Positions 26,003 to 40,062 are shown, numbered from the stretch's first letter. The stretch: 64,000 nucleotides of DNA from Eledone cirrhosa (GCA_964016885.1 OZ024740.1:94488001-94552000), one strand, 5' to 3'. Notes: generated by a model not told the origin, from the letters alone. Program-made: numbers and translations.

Positions 26003-26580
26003 ACGAGAACGGAGAATAAGTGGTGCGACGAAATAAAATGTATTAGACATATTACAGTCGATTCTCTGGCGACCAGCTCGACGCACGAACAATGCGATGA
26101 TCGAACCTGACTCTGAAATGGCATGATCCTCAGTTTCGTCTGAATCCTTCGAAAATCACAGTAAATATTTAATACTTACACTGATTTTCGTACATAATAC
26201 AGTTGCGGGTGTGTATGTGATTGTTGTGTGTGTATAAATACCCACATATATCACACCTGCGCGAAACATCGACACGTGTGTGGGTGTCTACAGGCCTAGA
26301 CGGCTGCGGCTGTGCGCGGGCGTTTCACCTCTACAAACCCTTACCTCCTATGGAGCAATTCCGCTAAAAGGAACTTTCATTGACAGGTGACATATGAATG
26401 GAACCAGAAAAATGAACGGCCATAGAGTGGTCAGAAATACCGATTACGTGTACAATTCTCGACCAATCGTCGACCGACAAGATCAGAATAGATCCTGGCC
26501 AGCGAAGGTCGCCAGAGAAACGATATTGTAATATGTCTAATAAATTTTAATTCGGTACACAACTGATTCTCCGTTCCTTC
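26003..26580. repeat. Element with ~70-bp imperfect terminal inverted repeats
   Basis: gaacggagaat...tattagacatattaca...ttctctggcgacc pairs with ggtcgccagagaa...tgtaatatgtctaata...attctccgttc. Confidence 0.6.
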
Positions 26581-26766
26581 TCTGATATATATATATATAT
26601 ATATTGTTATACTTTGGGAGGGTCATGTTGCCAATAAGAAACACACGCACCAGTTGCTTTCACTTCAATTTATTATATATTTATATATTTATAAATTTAC
26701 AAATTTACAAACCTATACATTTCTGGTTGGTTGGTTGGTTCCACAACCAGATAGTTGTTTATATAT

Positions 26767-26811
26767 AGTCATAGTCCTTTCGTCACACACTCTGTGACCT
26801 CTTCAGTGACT
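26767..26811 (-). ncRNA. Hammerhead ribozyme
   Basis: Minus strand: agtca-CTGAAGA-g-gtcaca.gagtg.tgtgac-GAAA-ggac-TA-tgact. Confidence 0.8.
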
Positions 26812-26905
26812 GTATAGGAGCAAATTTTGGAATAGAATAGAAAGAACTAGGAACAAGGCTAATAGAATAAACTCATGGTATGATAGCAATAAATACCAGA
26901 GTGTA

Positions 26906-27487
26906 ATGTTCATCAATACAACCCTTAGAGGCGAACTAGCCTACAAATTTAGAAAGGCCCTAAATAAACATAATCTCAATATTAAGATAGTAGAAAGACC
27001 TGGTACCTCCGTAAAAACACTTATTAGCAAGACATACCCGTTCCACAGACCCTCATGTATAGATAAGAAATGTATAACCTGTAAAATAAGCCCCCATATT
27101 AACTGTAAAACTAGAAATGTAGTGTATAGCATAAGATGTACTGAAGGACAATGTAGAAACAAAAATATAGTGTACATAGGTGAGACAGCTCATAGTATAG
27201 GGGAACGAATAAATGAACACTGGCGAGACCTCCAAGATAATAAAGAATCATCTGTGCTCTACCAACCTGCTAAGATAGAACACAGTGGTAGATTAGAGAG
27301 CATAGAAATAAAAATAGAATCCACACACAGAAAATACGCAATGTTTAGGCAAATTACAGAGGCAGTAAGCATAAAAGAATTAAAACCAAAATTAAATAGA
27401 AAATATGAGTTAACAGCAGCATCACAACTTACAATTAAGGACAAAATGAAAACACACACACACATAGAACAAACAACTTACAATTAA
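26906..27487 (+). pseudogene. PLE GIY-YIG endonuclease (C-terminal fragment of the PLE ORF)
   Basis: CIDKKCITC...NCKTRNVVYSIRC...YIGETAHSIGERINEH...RQITEAVSI...PKLN. Confidence 0.9.
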
Positions 27488-27553
27488 GGACAAAATGAAA
27501 ACACACACAAAATGAAAACACACACACACATAGAACAAACAACCAACCAACAA

Positions 27554-27584
<31 letters not shown>

Positions 27585-27724
27585 ACAAATAGAAAAATGA
27601 ACACAAACACACACAGACACCCGGATGTGGCGCTTGCGCAAACTGAGCACACAACACACACACAGAAACAAAATGGCGTAGGATAGAAGAAAGGAAAGGC
27701 ACAGAAACGAAGAAAGGAATCCCC

Positions 27725-27769
27725 AGTCACTGAAGAGGTCACAGGGTGTGTGACGAAAGGACTATGACT
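27725..27769 (+). ncRNA. Hammerhead ribozyme
   Basis: agtca-CTGAAGA-g-gtcaca.gggtg.tgtgac-GAAA-ggac-TA-tgact. Confidence 0.8.
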
Positions 27770-27989
27770 ATATATAAACAACTATCTGGTTGTGGAACCA
27801 ACCAACGAACCAGAAATTTATAGGTTTGTAAATTTGTAAATTTATAAATTTATAAATATATAATAAATTGAAGTGAAAGCAACTGGTGCGTGTGTTTCTT
27901 ATTGGCAACATGACCTTCCCAAAGTATAGCAATATCGGTTTCAACACACGATTTCAGATAAAGAATCTTGCTAAACAAATTCAGAAACG

Positions 27990-28019
<30 letters not shown>

Positions 28020-28023
<4 letters not shown>

Positions 28024-28619
28024 AAAAAAAGGATAAAATCGAAAATGCAACTACAGACTTATTTAAAAAAATATATATATCTATTTAGTTGGTTCCTTAT
28101 TCTGTAGCCTTTTTAGAGAATTTTATGACAAGCAAAATATAATGGTCCAGAGAAATGAGATGGGAGAATTGTTTCTGGTTCAGTGAATATGATTATTTCG
28201 CTGGGGTGTCAGCATTCAGATTTACTATTGAAATAAAGAAAGTAAAGATAGGTATTTTTATTTGTGTGCTTGTGTGGGTGTGTGTGTTGGTTTGAATTTC
28301 TTTTTACTTAAAAAAAGGGGGCTCACGAAGTCTTTGTTTTTCATAAACGTAATTTGATTTGTTATAAATAAATTTATGGCTGTCACGTGAGCAAGTTTTC
28401 ATTAGATTTCGCCCCCGTATTTGGAAATTTATTCTGTAGCCTTTTTAAACAATGTTATGACAAGCAAAAGATAATGGTCAAGAGAAATTGGATGGGAGGA
28501 TTGTTCTGGTTCAATGAATATGGTTAATTCGCTGGGGTGTTAGAATTCAGATTTTCTATTAAAATAAAGTAAAGATATGTATGTTTATGTGTGTCCGTGT
28601 GTGTATGTGTGTGGGTGTA

Positions 28620-28693
<74 letters not shown>

Positions 28694-31445
28694 TGTGTGT
28701 GTGTGTGTGTTGTGCGTCTGTGTGTATAGGAAGATGATTCTATTGGTAGAAATGGGAGAGGGAGATGTGTGTGTGTGTGTGTATATGGGTGTTATGTGTG
28801 TGCGTGTGGGAGTATGTTAAGATGGAGAGAATATATATATTTTGTGTGTTTGTATATATATTTGTAGGAAAGAGATTCTATTAGTAGAAATGGGGGAGGG
28901 AGTTGTGTGTGGGAGTATGGTTAGCATGTTAAGATGAAGAGAATATATTTATATTTTGTGTGTGTTTGTATGCGTGTAAGAAAATGATTCCGTTAGTAGG
29001 ATTATTTTTGAATGAACATATTTTCCTTACTTATTCGTATTTGTTCTGTTGTATCGTCAGCGCAAAAGTATGTTAAGGTTTATTTAGTTCGGGTTTTTTT
29101 TTCTAAAGTAGCAGTTGTTGTGTGTGTATGTGTCTGTTTGGATGGTTAGCTTGTTATGGTGTTGACATAATTATGGCTGTCACGTTACCATGGAATACAG
29201 CCAAGATCAACTCCTATTTCTGGACATATTAATCTTTAAAACAGTTTTAATCTGACATACACTACAAACCAACAGATTCCAAACAATACCTGCTATTCAC
29301 CTCCAACCATCCAAAGCACACGAAGTCGAGCACTCCTTTTAACATAGCAAGAAGAATTTGCACAATTGTCTCCAATTATGAAACGCGAAATAAAAGACTT
29401 CAAGAATTAAAGGAAATTCTACTCGAAAGAGAGTACCCACCATTACTAATAAATAATTGTTTCTACTTTAGGCACAAGGCCCGCAATTACCCAGTGCATT
29501 ACTTGTACTTTAATTTATCGATCCCGTAAGGATGAAAGGCAAAGTCAGCCTCGGCGGGATTTGAACTCAGATCGTAAAGGGACGTAACTATGCTGGAAAG
29601 CATGGCGTCCGACTCTCTACCGATACTGCCAATCCACTGGCCTCAATTACTAAATAATGGAATAGAAAGGGCCAAAGCAATAGCCATTGATTAATTAGGA
29701 AAACAGAAACAAAAACAAGATACGTCCAATATTCTATCATATATCTCAACACACAACCCTAGAAATGCGGAAGCTTACAATACTACTAACAAGAACATCC
29801 CACTAATAAAACAAGACCCAAGAATGACAAAAACCCTTGAAACACACAAAATAATCAAAAGCAAAAGACAACCAAAATCACTGAAAACATTACTCACCAA
29901 TGCCAAATTACCTACCACAAACCTACAACCAACTGTCAACACATGTGGTCGCTCTAATTGTGGAACCTGCACTCACCTCATTGAAGGCAACACGTATACA
30001 TTTAAATCAGGACAAAATGTTGCTGTAAAAAATCACTTCACTTGCACATCAAAAAATCTACTTTATGACATTAAATGTAAAGGATGCAATGAAGATTATA
30101 TAGGACAAACTAAACTCACACTCAGAAACAGAATGACAGTTCATCGCCAACAATTACGAGATCCAACCACGAGACAGATACCACTAAGCGCACATCTAGA
30201 CATATGCTCAAGTAATAAGACACCCACATTCCAAATCTTCCCATTTTACCTTTTGTGCTTACAATACAACATAACAAATACGAATAAATGAGGAAATAAG
30301 TTCATTCAAAAAAATAGACCAGCATTAAATATAGTATAATATACATTATGTCAACCTCATAACATGCTAACCATCCAAACAGACACATACACACGCACAC
30401 AACACCTTCTACTTTAAACATTAAACACCCGAACTAAATAAATCTTGAGATACGTTTGCGCTGACAATAAAACAACAAATACGAATAAGTAAGGAAAATA
30501 TGTTCATTCAAAAACATTCCTACTAAAGGAATCATTTTCCTACACACACACAATATATATATGCTCTTCATCTTAACATGTTAATCATACTTCCACACAC
30601 ACAAAACACCCATACACACACATAACAACACCCACTCACACAGCTCCCTCCCCCGTTTCTACTAATACAATCACTTTCCTACAAACATATATACACACAC
30701 ACAAAATATATATATTCACTCCATATTAACATACTCCAACACACACACACACACACACACATAATACCCATATATACACACACACAACTCCCTCCCCCAT
30801 TTCTACTAATAGAATCATCTTCCTATACACACACACAAACACACACAAACACACACAAACACACACAAGCACACAAATATACATACATATCTTTACTTTC
30901 TATATTTCAATATACAATCTGAATTCTGACACCCCAGCGAACTAACCATATTCACGGAACCAGAACAATTCTCCCATCCCATTTCCCTTGACCATTATCT
31001 TTTGCTTGTCAAAAACATCTCTAAAATGACTACAGAATACATTTCCAAATGCGGGCGCGACATTTAATGAAAACTTGCTCACGTGACAGCCATAATTTCA
31101 TTTATAACCAATCAAATTAGGTTTATTAAAAAAAGCCTTCGTGAGCGCCCTTTTTTTTAAGTAAAGAGACATTCAAACTCACACATACACACACAAGCAC
31201 ACAAATAAACATACATATCTTTACTTTCTTTATTTCAATAGAAAATCTGAAATCTGACACCCCAGCGAACTAACCATATTCACTGAGCCATAACGATTTT
31301 CCCATCCCATTTCTCTTGAACATTATCTTTTGCTTGTCATAAAATTCTCTAAAAAGGCTACAGTATAAGACCAAATAAATATATATATATATTTTTTTTA
31401 AGTTAGACTCTAGTTGCATTTTGGATTTCATCCTTTTTTTCTTTA
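28020..31445 (+). mobile_element. 5'-truncated Neptune-like PLE with ~1.1-kb diverged inverted arms (28020-29172 and 30344-31445)
   Basis: The central part encodes FLDI...YKPTDSKQYLLFTSNHPKH...ARRICTIVS and CGRSNCGTC...YIGQTKLTLRNRMTVHRQQ. The arms are reverse complements of each other. Confidence 0.9.
29452..29644 (-). mobile_element. Meta-domain tRNA-SINE inserted in the PLE ORF
   Basis: Full-length copy with a probable TSD attactaa(t)aaataat / attactaaataat. Confidence 0.9.
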
Positions 31446-31509
31446 TACATTCACTCGTGTAGGATAACACGGTTATTTTTCATTTCGTAAAAATAAAAAC
31501 ATCAATTTC

Positions 31510-31599
<90 letters not shown>

Positions 31600-31707
31600 A
31601 TAATAATAAATGTGAAGACTAAAATCCAATGAGGGCCCGATAACGATAAATATATATCAAATATATAAGAACCGTAGTGCAAATATTTATTAAACTTTAA
31701 TCTGTTA

Positions 31708-31786
<79 letters not shown>

Positions 31787-32121
31787 TACAATAACAGAGA
31801 AAGTTTAAAGCTAGACTCTAATTGGTAACCATCTCACTCAACAAACTTTAGATTATATTAAAATATAAACCCAATTTAAGTGTTTGGGGAGCTAACAAAA
31901 TGTATAACGTGGAAAAACAAGTTGTATTATTTTATGAGATATAATTAAAGTTTAAATATATCTCTCTTTCCAAACAATTGTTTCATTATAAGTTTTCTAC
32001 AAGTTTGGGAGAATGTTTCCTGTTTATGTAGAAGCCTAATATATATTCATGTAAAATATATTTAGGTGGGCACTTATAAATCTTCAGTGGAAGCTCATTA
32101 AACATTGATATAAGAAAACAC

Positions 32122-32290
<169 letters not shown>

Positions 32291-32440
32291 GAAAAATGGA
32301 ACGGGAACAACCCAGAGAGGCAGTACGAACAAAGGTTTATTAGTTCCACGCTCTTGAGAGTGGCGGGAGGAACATATATATATATACATATATATATAGA
32401 ATAAGGGGAAGCGAAGTAGTTTCAGATGTTCTAGTCCTTT

Positions 32441-32607
32441 AATAATAAGTGTTTCTACTTTAGGCACAATGCCACCAATTACCCAGTGCATTATGGTACT
32501 TTATTTTATCGACCACGTAAGGATGAAAGGCAAAGTCAACCTCGGCGGGATTTGAACTCAGATCGTAAAGGGACGTAACTATGCTTGAAAGCATGGCGTC
32601 GGACACT
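32441..32607 (-). mobile_element. 5'-truncated Meta-domain SINE
   Basis: Matches the family but lacks the A-box head. Confidence 0.88.
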
Positions 32608-32681
32608 GCTGTGATATATATTTCAATGGCGACAGTGGCCACACTGTTGCGTGCGCCAGTACCGCGACATCGTCAGACAGC
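32608..32681 (-). ncRNA. Type-I hammerhead ribozyme
   Basis: Minus strand: gctgt-CTGACGA-[~45-nt imperfect hairpin]-GAAA-tatata-TC-acagc. Confidence 0.72.
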
Positions 32682-33532
32682 TTTTTACATAATAATGTTA
32701 TGTTTGCGAGGCAATACAAATTGAATCGACATGGGGAGGGACGAAGTCTGTGCTTTGGGTTTTTCATCCGTTCCTTGTGAGTAACAAGTCACCCCCACCG
32801 GTCTGCGCCGGCGCAGGTCCGAAATAAGTTGACCATTAGCTACCGCAGAGTTCAACGAAATTCGTCTAGGCAGTTTCACCTCTGAACCAAATAATGACCT
32901 ATTCAGGCCTGCAACATATACCTCACTGCTAGCCGTCAGTGGCAGTCAGCCGAAAGCTAGTGGATGTGGGAGAATATGAGTATTAATAGGTTCAAAAACT
33001 ACCCCACATTAAGAATGAACAGTATAATTGACCATCAACCTCTAAGAGAAACTATACTTAATTCTATATATTATGGTTTCACAGTGGAAATTATGAATGA
33101 GAGTTGGAAAAATAAAAATCGAAAATCAGAAATCAAAAATTAAAATTAAAAAATTAAAAAATTGTATAAGTGAGAATCTAGTTTGAAGTGAGTAAACATA
33201 TAGATTAAAGTGAGTAAAAAAAAATGTGGACCTATACTTTATACTACGTAGGGAGATATTTAATTAAGAAGCTTTGAAAGGGGAATTCATGTTACAGATA
33301 CATTATCTACAGACTGATTGATAGTACCATACAGTAGAACGGAGGGTAAATTACAGTATGAAAGGTAGTAGTTAGTCGGTACATAGTTAGAATTTCCATC
33401 ACATGGAAGAACACCTAAAAAGAACACAAATATATACTACTTATAGAAGAAACCCACAAAAAATATCCATTAAATACAAAAGATACATACAGTACATATA
33501 TGCAAAAATGAGATACATGATTAATATGATTG

Positions 33533-33573
<41 letters not shown>

Positions 33574-33583
33574 ATATATAAAT

Positions 33584-33614
<31 letters not shown>

Positions 33615-33640
33615 ATTATATATATATATATATATATAAG

Positions 33641-33769
<129 letters not shown>

Positions 33770-34044
33770 GGAGGTGAGTTTTATTGTAGTAAAATAAAGC
33801 AATGCAGATATCGGATAAGAAGCACTCTACAGTTTGTAGGACTGGAGTATACATAATATAAGAACAATTCTTTATCAATTTAGAATCTTTTATCTTTTCT
33901 CAAAGGCACATACACATATAACTCTTTAAAATATACCCATCTTCCTACCTTACTTCAAAGGGCATTATACACTCTATAATACTTGTTTACTCATTACCCT
34001 CATTCTATCTTCACCTTGTAAAATCCTTCATAACATATACATTT

Positions 34045-34947
34045 GTTTTTTTTGACGTTAGAATATTCATCCGCAATTATTATTATTTTTTCTCTCTATC
34101 ATAAAACTTTTTAATCTCAATTTCATCCTTAATTTATTATTTTTTCTCCCCATCAACGAACTCATTCTTAATACATATTAACTCTTTCTTCGAACATATT
34201 ATCAACTCCATCAATATAGAAACCTTAACTTCACATTATTTTTCTCAAATCATCTAATACACAAATCTTAATAAATTTTAATACATATTAACTCTTTCTT
34301 CGCACATATTATCAATTCATTCAATATACAAACTTTAACTTCACATTATTTTTCTCAAATCCTTCTACACACAAACCTTAATAATTTTTTCTCTTCGTTA
34401 ATGTTGAAATTGCCACAATACTTATCAACATACACCTTTTTGACGTTAGAATATTCATCCGCAATTATTATTTTTTCTCTCTATCTTCGTACTTAAACTC
34501 CCTTTCTTTCCTCGTACATATTTTTCCCTTCGTTAATTTTCAAATTCTTTTAATTTATACATTATCTTCCAACGGTTCTCAACCTCTCTATGTAAAACAA
34601 TATATCTTTTCTCAGTTATAAAAACTATCTCTTTCTCTCTATCACCCATCTCTCCCTCTCCACCTTCACTCTCATCTCCTCCCCTTTTTTCATCCTCCCC
34701 CCCTCCCTAAATAAAATATTTTTTCTTCGTACATATTTTTCCCTTCGTTAATTTTCAAATTCTTTTAATTTATACATTATCTTCCAACGGTTTTCTACCT
34801 CTCTATGTAAAACAATATATCTTCTCTCTGTTATAAAAACTATCTCTTTCTCTCTATCACCCATCTCTCCCACTCCACCTTCACTCTCATCTTCTCCCCT
34901 TTTTCATCCTTTCCACCCCCCCCCTCCCTAAATAAAATATTTTTCCC
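34045..34947. repeat. Nested direct duplications upstream of an HHR (probable PLE 3' region)
   Basis: ~245-bp duplication at 34483/34724, ~110-bp duplication at 34167/34277, and tgacgttagaatattcatccgcaatt occurring twice. Confidence 0.75.
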
Positions 34948-35041
34948 AATATCACACATCAATCTAAAACCACTTTTCATATGTTGATTTAAAACTGCAC
35001 TATCCACAAGTGTTTTTTAGCCTTCATATCATGTTCTCCTG

Positions 35042-35108
35042 TTTTATCTGATGAACACACAAATATTATTGCATGATGATGTTTGTTTTTGAAATGCGCA
35101 TAATAAAA
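35042..35108 (+). ncRNA. Type-I hammerhead ribozyme
   Basis: ttttat-CTGATGA-acac.acaaatattat...atgatgtttgt.tttt-GAAA-tgcgca-TA-ataaaa, about 35 nt before (TA)n. Confidence 0.78.
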
Positions 35109-35140
35109 TACATGGAACTCCTTTAACCATCTTTTGATCT

Positions 35141-35184
<44 letters not shown>

Positions 35185-35195
<11 letters not shown>

Positions 35196-35975
35196 TGAAT
35201 TTGAAGACTAAAATCCAAAGAGGGTTCGATAAGGATAAATATATATCAAATATATAAGAACCGTAGAGCAAATATTTATTAAAATAACAGATTAAAGTTT
35301 AAGCAAATAATCGCTGATTTCACCCTTAACGTGATCTTCTGAAACTAACAAAGTCAATCTGTGAACTAAGAAATGAATATTTCAAAAAAACGTTGCAACA
35401 GGAGGCAGACAGGAAGACGATACTTTGGTTCGTGGAAACGTTCCCTGGCAAAGAACGGGAAAAAACGAATATAATACGTCATTATTTAGAGCGGTTCAAA
35501 TCCCGCCAAGGTTAACTTTGTCTTTCATCCTAACGGGGTCGATAAAATAAAGTACCAGTAATGCACTGTTTAATTGCTGACCTTGTGCCTAACGTAGAAA
35601 CAATTATTTAGAGCGGTGAAAAACAATTACACGCAAATACAAAACCACGTTTATGGTATAAAAGAAGTCGTAGACTAATATTCTATTAGGTGGTTCATCG
35701 AGACGTTCTCTGGCAATAAACGGAAAAAAGGAAGAAAATACGTCATAAGTGGAGCGCGGAGAACAATTGCACGCAAAGCGAGAACCACGTAAATGATATA
35801 ACTGAAGTGGTAGACTAAAATTCTAACTAGGAAACCGAATGATTCTCGGCTTCAGAGTTAATAATACAGTAAATAAAATACAGAGGTAATTGAAATTAAA
35901 TAAAGACATACACGCATCCATATACGTACATACACAAGCATACGTGAAAACACTCGCCATAGGTATACAAATACA

Positions 35976-36024
<49 letters not shown>

Positions 36025-36890
36025 ATGTGTGCGTGTATACAAATAATTAAATAAACGTATATAAATATAGAAATACGTATATAACAAGCGCGCACACATA
36101 CCTACAGGTAAATACACATATGTTCGGAGAGCGTCAACCAAAACACGAAGTAGACATATACACACACCCTACATACGTACGACCCAGCATACTCGCACAG
36201 ACGCAAAACTCACGTGTACACATAACCAAGCATATGTACCTGAATATATAAAATATACGCCATAACATATACAATCAAATATACGTACGAGAAAGTATAC
36301 GTGCCTTCACAAAACATACGGGTAATATATACTTACCTATACAACTAAGTAATCGTATAAACATAACATATACTTAGCTACCACATCAAGACGTAAAATA
36401 TCCGCGTATATAGCGTACTATCCGTTAGGGCATAATGTGTGGCTGTAATACAGGAAAGTGTTGTGCAATTTATGTTTACAAGCCGAAATGGCCTCAGATA
36501 TTTTGTTTAAGATATGATCTTTGGCGTACATTATTTCCAGGGGAGAGGCCACATGGTCTTTTATTTCCGTTATACGATCTAGCCCTAGCTAGGATCTCCC
36601 AGTGTAACTTATATTGGGTGTGGTTATATTTTAGGCTCCAGATATAAACTGATAATGTCGTCATATTCCTTCTTAAAGGGTAACGAAAAGAATGGGTATG
36701 CATGGAGCTGTGATGTTATGTGCAACGTTAGGAGTCGTAGAGTAAGAAATGTTAATAGTATTTCTATTAAACATTTTATTATATTTATGTGTAGGGGGAA
36801 AATGATTCGTAATAAGGGAGAGATAGTTCTTACCTAATGGTGTGGCCACCTCCATATTATATAGTGGGTTATACCAAATGATGCGTCGTG
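35185..36890 (-). mobile_element. Deleted Penelope-type 3' fragment plus pseudo-LTR
   Basis: FPPTHKYNKMFNRNTINISYSTTPN and HTHSFR...TTLSVYIWSLK...LHWEILARARSY. Pieces of its terminus recur at ~18150, ~31605 and ~52715. Confidence 0.82.
35496..35602 (+). mobile_element. 5'-truncated SINE with 15-bp TSD
   Basis: TSD attatttagagcggt at 35481 and 35603; the paralogous empty site is at ~15711. Confidence 0.9.
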
Positions 36891-37867
36891 ATCTATTCTA
36901 AATTATATATATATATATATAAATAATTTAGAAAAATTCACTGTATATTTGTTGTCTGAATATGCTGGTGTCAGCGATTTTAGGTTCAGTGGGATTATAC
37001 ACTCCATTTTTCATTTTCCCTAATTCATTTACTCAAGATATGTCGAAGTTTTCACTTGAACTTTAATCTTCTTTCGCAAGTATTATAATTAAGCGATACT
37101 CGAATTTCGCCGAAGTGATCAATTAATTGTAAATATGCTGAACGAACTGCTTGTCGAGTTGGGCCAACCTGAATAACGCATATGTATAATATTTAAGGTA
37201 AATAATATTTTTCTCCATCATTTGAACAAGCGATCATTACTCATGTTTTTTTTTTATTTTCATATCTACAAATATACTATGATTGGTACATATATATTGT
37301 CACATTAAATACACTATAAGGCATATTAAAGAAAGGAAAAACGAAATCTGAGATGATTATAGTTTTTGTCTCTTTATTTCTAATCATTTTTAATATCTTC
37401 TGTAAAAACAGATGTTTAATTGATTGGTTGTCACTCATTTCTGTAGATTCGAATCTTAGTAATGTATGTTGGAAAAATATGCTAGCATTAATACAATCAT
37501 AAAATAGTTGTTTTTGTAATTGGAGGAATAATTAACCAACGTCTGCTGTTTCATACTGCAGAAAAGGAGAGAAAGGTAAAAATGATCATATACATAGCTA
37601 TCATGTGAATACGACAAAATGTTTCCCTAACAGCCTAAAGTGACTTACCCGCTTTTACACAAGAGAAGCTTAGACACGTTCATTTAATCGAGTTGGTATA
37701 AAAGATGATAAATAAAAAAGAAATGGTTCGTAATTAAACTCAGAATCGCAAATAATCCAATGTGAAAAGAATAGACCTTCAGCTAGTATATCGATTATTA
37801 AAAGTATATTGCAGATCAACAACATCTTATTCGAGTATTCAAGTATGTACACATACACACACACACC

Positions 37868-37987
<120 letters not shown>

Positions 37988-38067
37988 TAAATATATACAT
38001 ATCTATATGTTTATATATACATATATATATATATATATAAATATAAATATATACATATCTATGTGTA

Positions 38068-38256
<189 letters not shown>

Positions 38257-38880
38257 GTATATGTATATATATATGTATATTTAGCTCTAGACTTAGCTAT
38301 TGACCAGTTAATTTTATTGTCCATTTTTTGTCGATTCTATTAAATGATGAATAGCCCCTGTCTATTTTAACATGTCTATTGAGCACTCTTATTCGATATG
38401 TGTTTTTGCCATATTTTTCCGAATATTTTTGCGGATATAAAGGTTATCTCCCTTGCTGAAATCCATGTGCGTATTTTTAGCTTGGGTCCTGTCTTTTCAT
38501 CCATTCGGACAAAGCTCGTTGATGAAGTATCTCCAGTCCCCCGTTTGTCTGTAAGTTTTATATTTTTATGTGAGCTGATAGATGACGGTTTAAGGATTTA
38601 CAGAAACCCAAGAAGCTAGATATTCCATCTCTCTAGTGGGTCCGGGTATGCTTTATACATTCATTTCATTTATTGATTTATTGATAATTTATCTGAGTGT
38701 CCCGAATCTTCCATATCGAACTTTTCGGTCATTTGGTTGATTATAGACATATTCTCCCTGTGACGGTATTTTAACGATAGTTATAGCTCTGATTTATTTG
38801 AATTATAGAGCCCTCTGCCGCTCATCTCGAATTGTGTTTATCGTGAACTCGTGCGCCGATTTTTCGATACTCGATTATTC

Positions 38881-38941
<61 letters not shown>

Positions 38942-39019
38942 CAATAATAATTAGTTCAAATCTCAGGCGATCATTTACAATGAAATAGCTCGAAGAAAGA
39001 GTATTTCTGAGCCGTGTAA

Positions 39020-39326
39020 TATAGGCTAATATAAATCAATATATTTGATAAACACAAATATCCACATATTTATGTTTGTATCATAAATGACCAAGTTAGG
39101 TAGATAGAAATATACTAATAATAATATTACAGTTTGCCTATCTTGACTCAAGATAATACATCATACATCAACAAAAACAAATTGTATTGGCATTGGCCGT
39201 AGTGCTTGGACAAATTTAAATTTCAAAATCAAACTTTTCTGTACACACACACACACATACACACACACACATACACACACACACACACACAGAGACACAC
39301 ACACACACACACACACACACATACTC

Positions 39327-39404
<78 letters not shown>

Positions 39405-39694
39405 TTATACATATATATATATATACATATCTATATGATTATATATACATATATATATATATAAATATAAATATATACATATCTATCATAAATCAACACA
39501 AACAAATTTTATTGGCAATGGCTATTGCCAATAGAATTTGTTTTTGTTGATTTATGATGTATTATTTTGAGTCAAGATAGGCAAACTGTAATATTATTAT
39601 TAGTAGATTTCTATCTAGCTAACTTGGTCATTTACAATACAAACATAAATATGAGGTAATTTGTGTTTATCACATATATTGATTTATATTAACC

Positions 39695-39700
<6 letters not shown>
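39020..39700. repeat. Inverted arms (~39020-39200 and 39485-39700) around a microsatellite; related sequence at 52330-52570
   Basis: ataatattacagtttgcctatcttgactcaa pairs with ttgagtcaagataggcaaactgtaatattat. Confidence 0.75.
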
Positions 39701-39749
<49 letters not shown>

Positions 39750-39750
<1 letters not shown>

Positions 39751-40031
39751 AAGTAATTCCGTCGGAAAAGTCCAGGAAAAAAGTGTGCTCTATGTAGGTA
39801 ACATAGCTTAATAGTTATGTAATAAACAACATAAGGCAATTATTCCATTTACCAGTGGTTTCTTAAAAGCAAAAAATGTTGCTTTCATTCCAAAGAATGA
39901 ATAAATCCTGGTCTGTTTATTGAATTTAAACAGACCAGGATTTTTTCATTCTGAGGATTGAAAGCAAAATTGTTTGCTTTTAAGAAACCACTGGTAAATG
40001 GAATAATTGACTTAAGTTGTTTATTACATAA

Positions 40032-40032
<1 letters not shown>
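39750..40032. mobile_element. Fold-back pseudo-LTR of the 6640-6850 family
   Basis: Palindrome centred at ~39922; decayed HHR in the left arm and an intact one in the right arm. Confidence 0.85.
39944..40003 (+). ncRNA. Type-I hammerhead ribozyme
   Basis: tttcatt-CTGAGGA-ttgaaagcaaa...tttgcttttaa-GAAA-ccactgg-TA-aatggaa. Confidence 0.85.

Positions 40033-40062
<30 letters not shown>

Larger units (their letters stand above)
26603..27992 (+). mobile_element. 5'-truncated PLE with inverted 5' pseudo-LTR (26603-26811)
   Basis: GIY-YIG ORF 26906..27487; HHRs in both the inverted and the 3' repeat; TA flanks. Confidence 0.92.

Noticed and set aside
32620-32640. tttca-a-tggcgacag as an LTR end plus primer-binding site
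   Set aside because: No gag/pol or paired LTR follows; the sequence is better explained as stem II of a minus-strand hammerhead.
35295-35350. HHR-like CAGAAGA...GAAA-tcagcga-TT on the minus strand (also ~15535-15580)
   Set aside because: U4 is mutated in both copies and stem I pairs poorly; plausible position but not supportable as a ribozyme.
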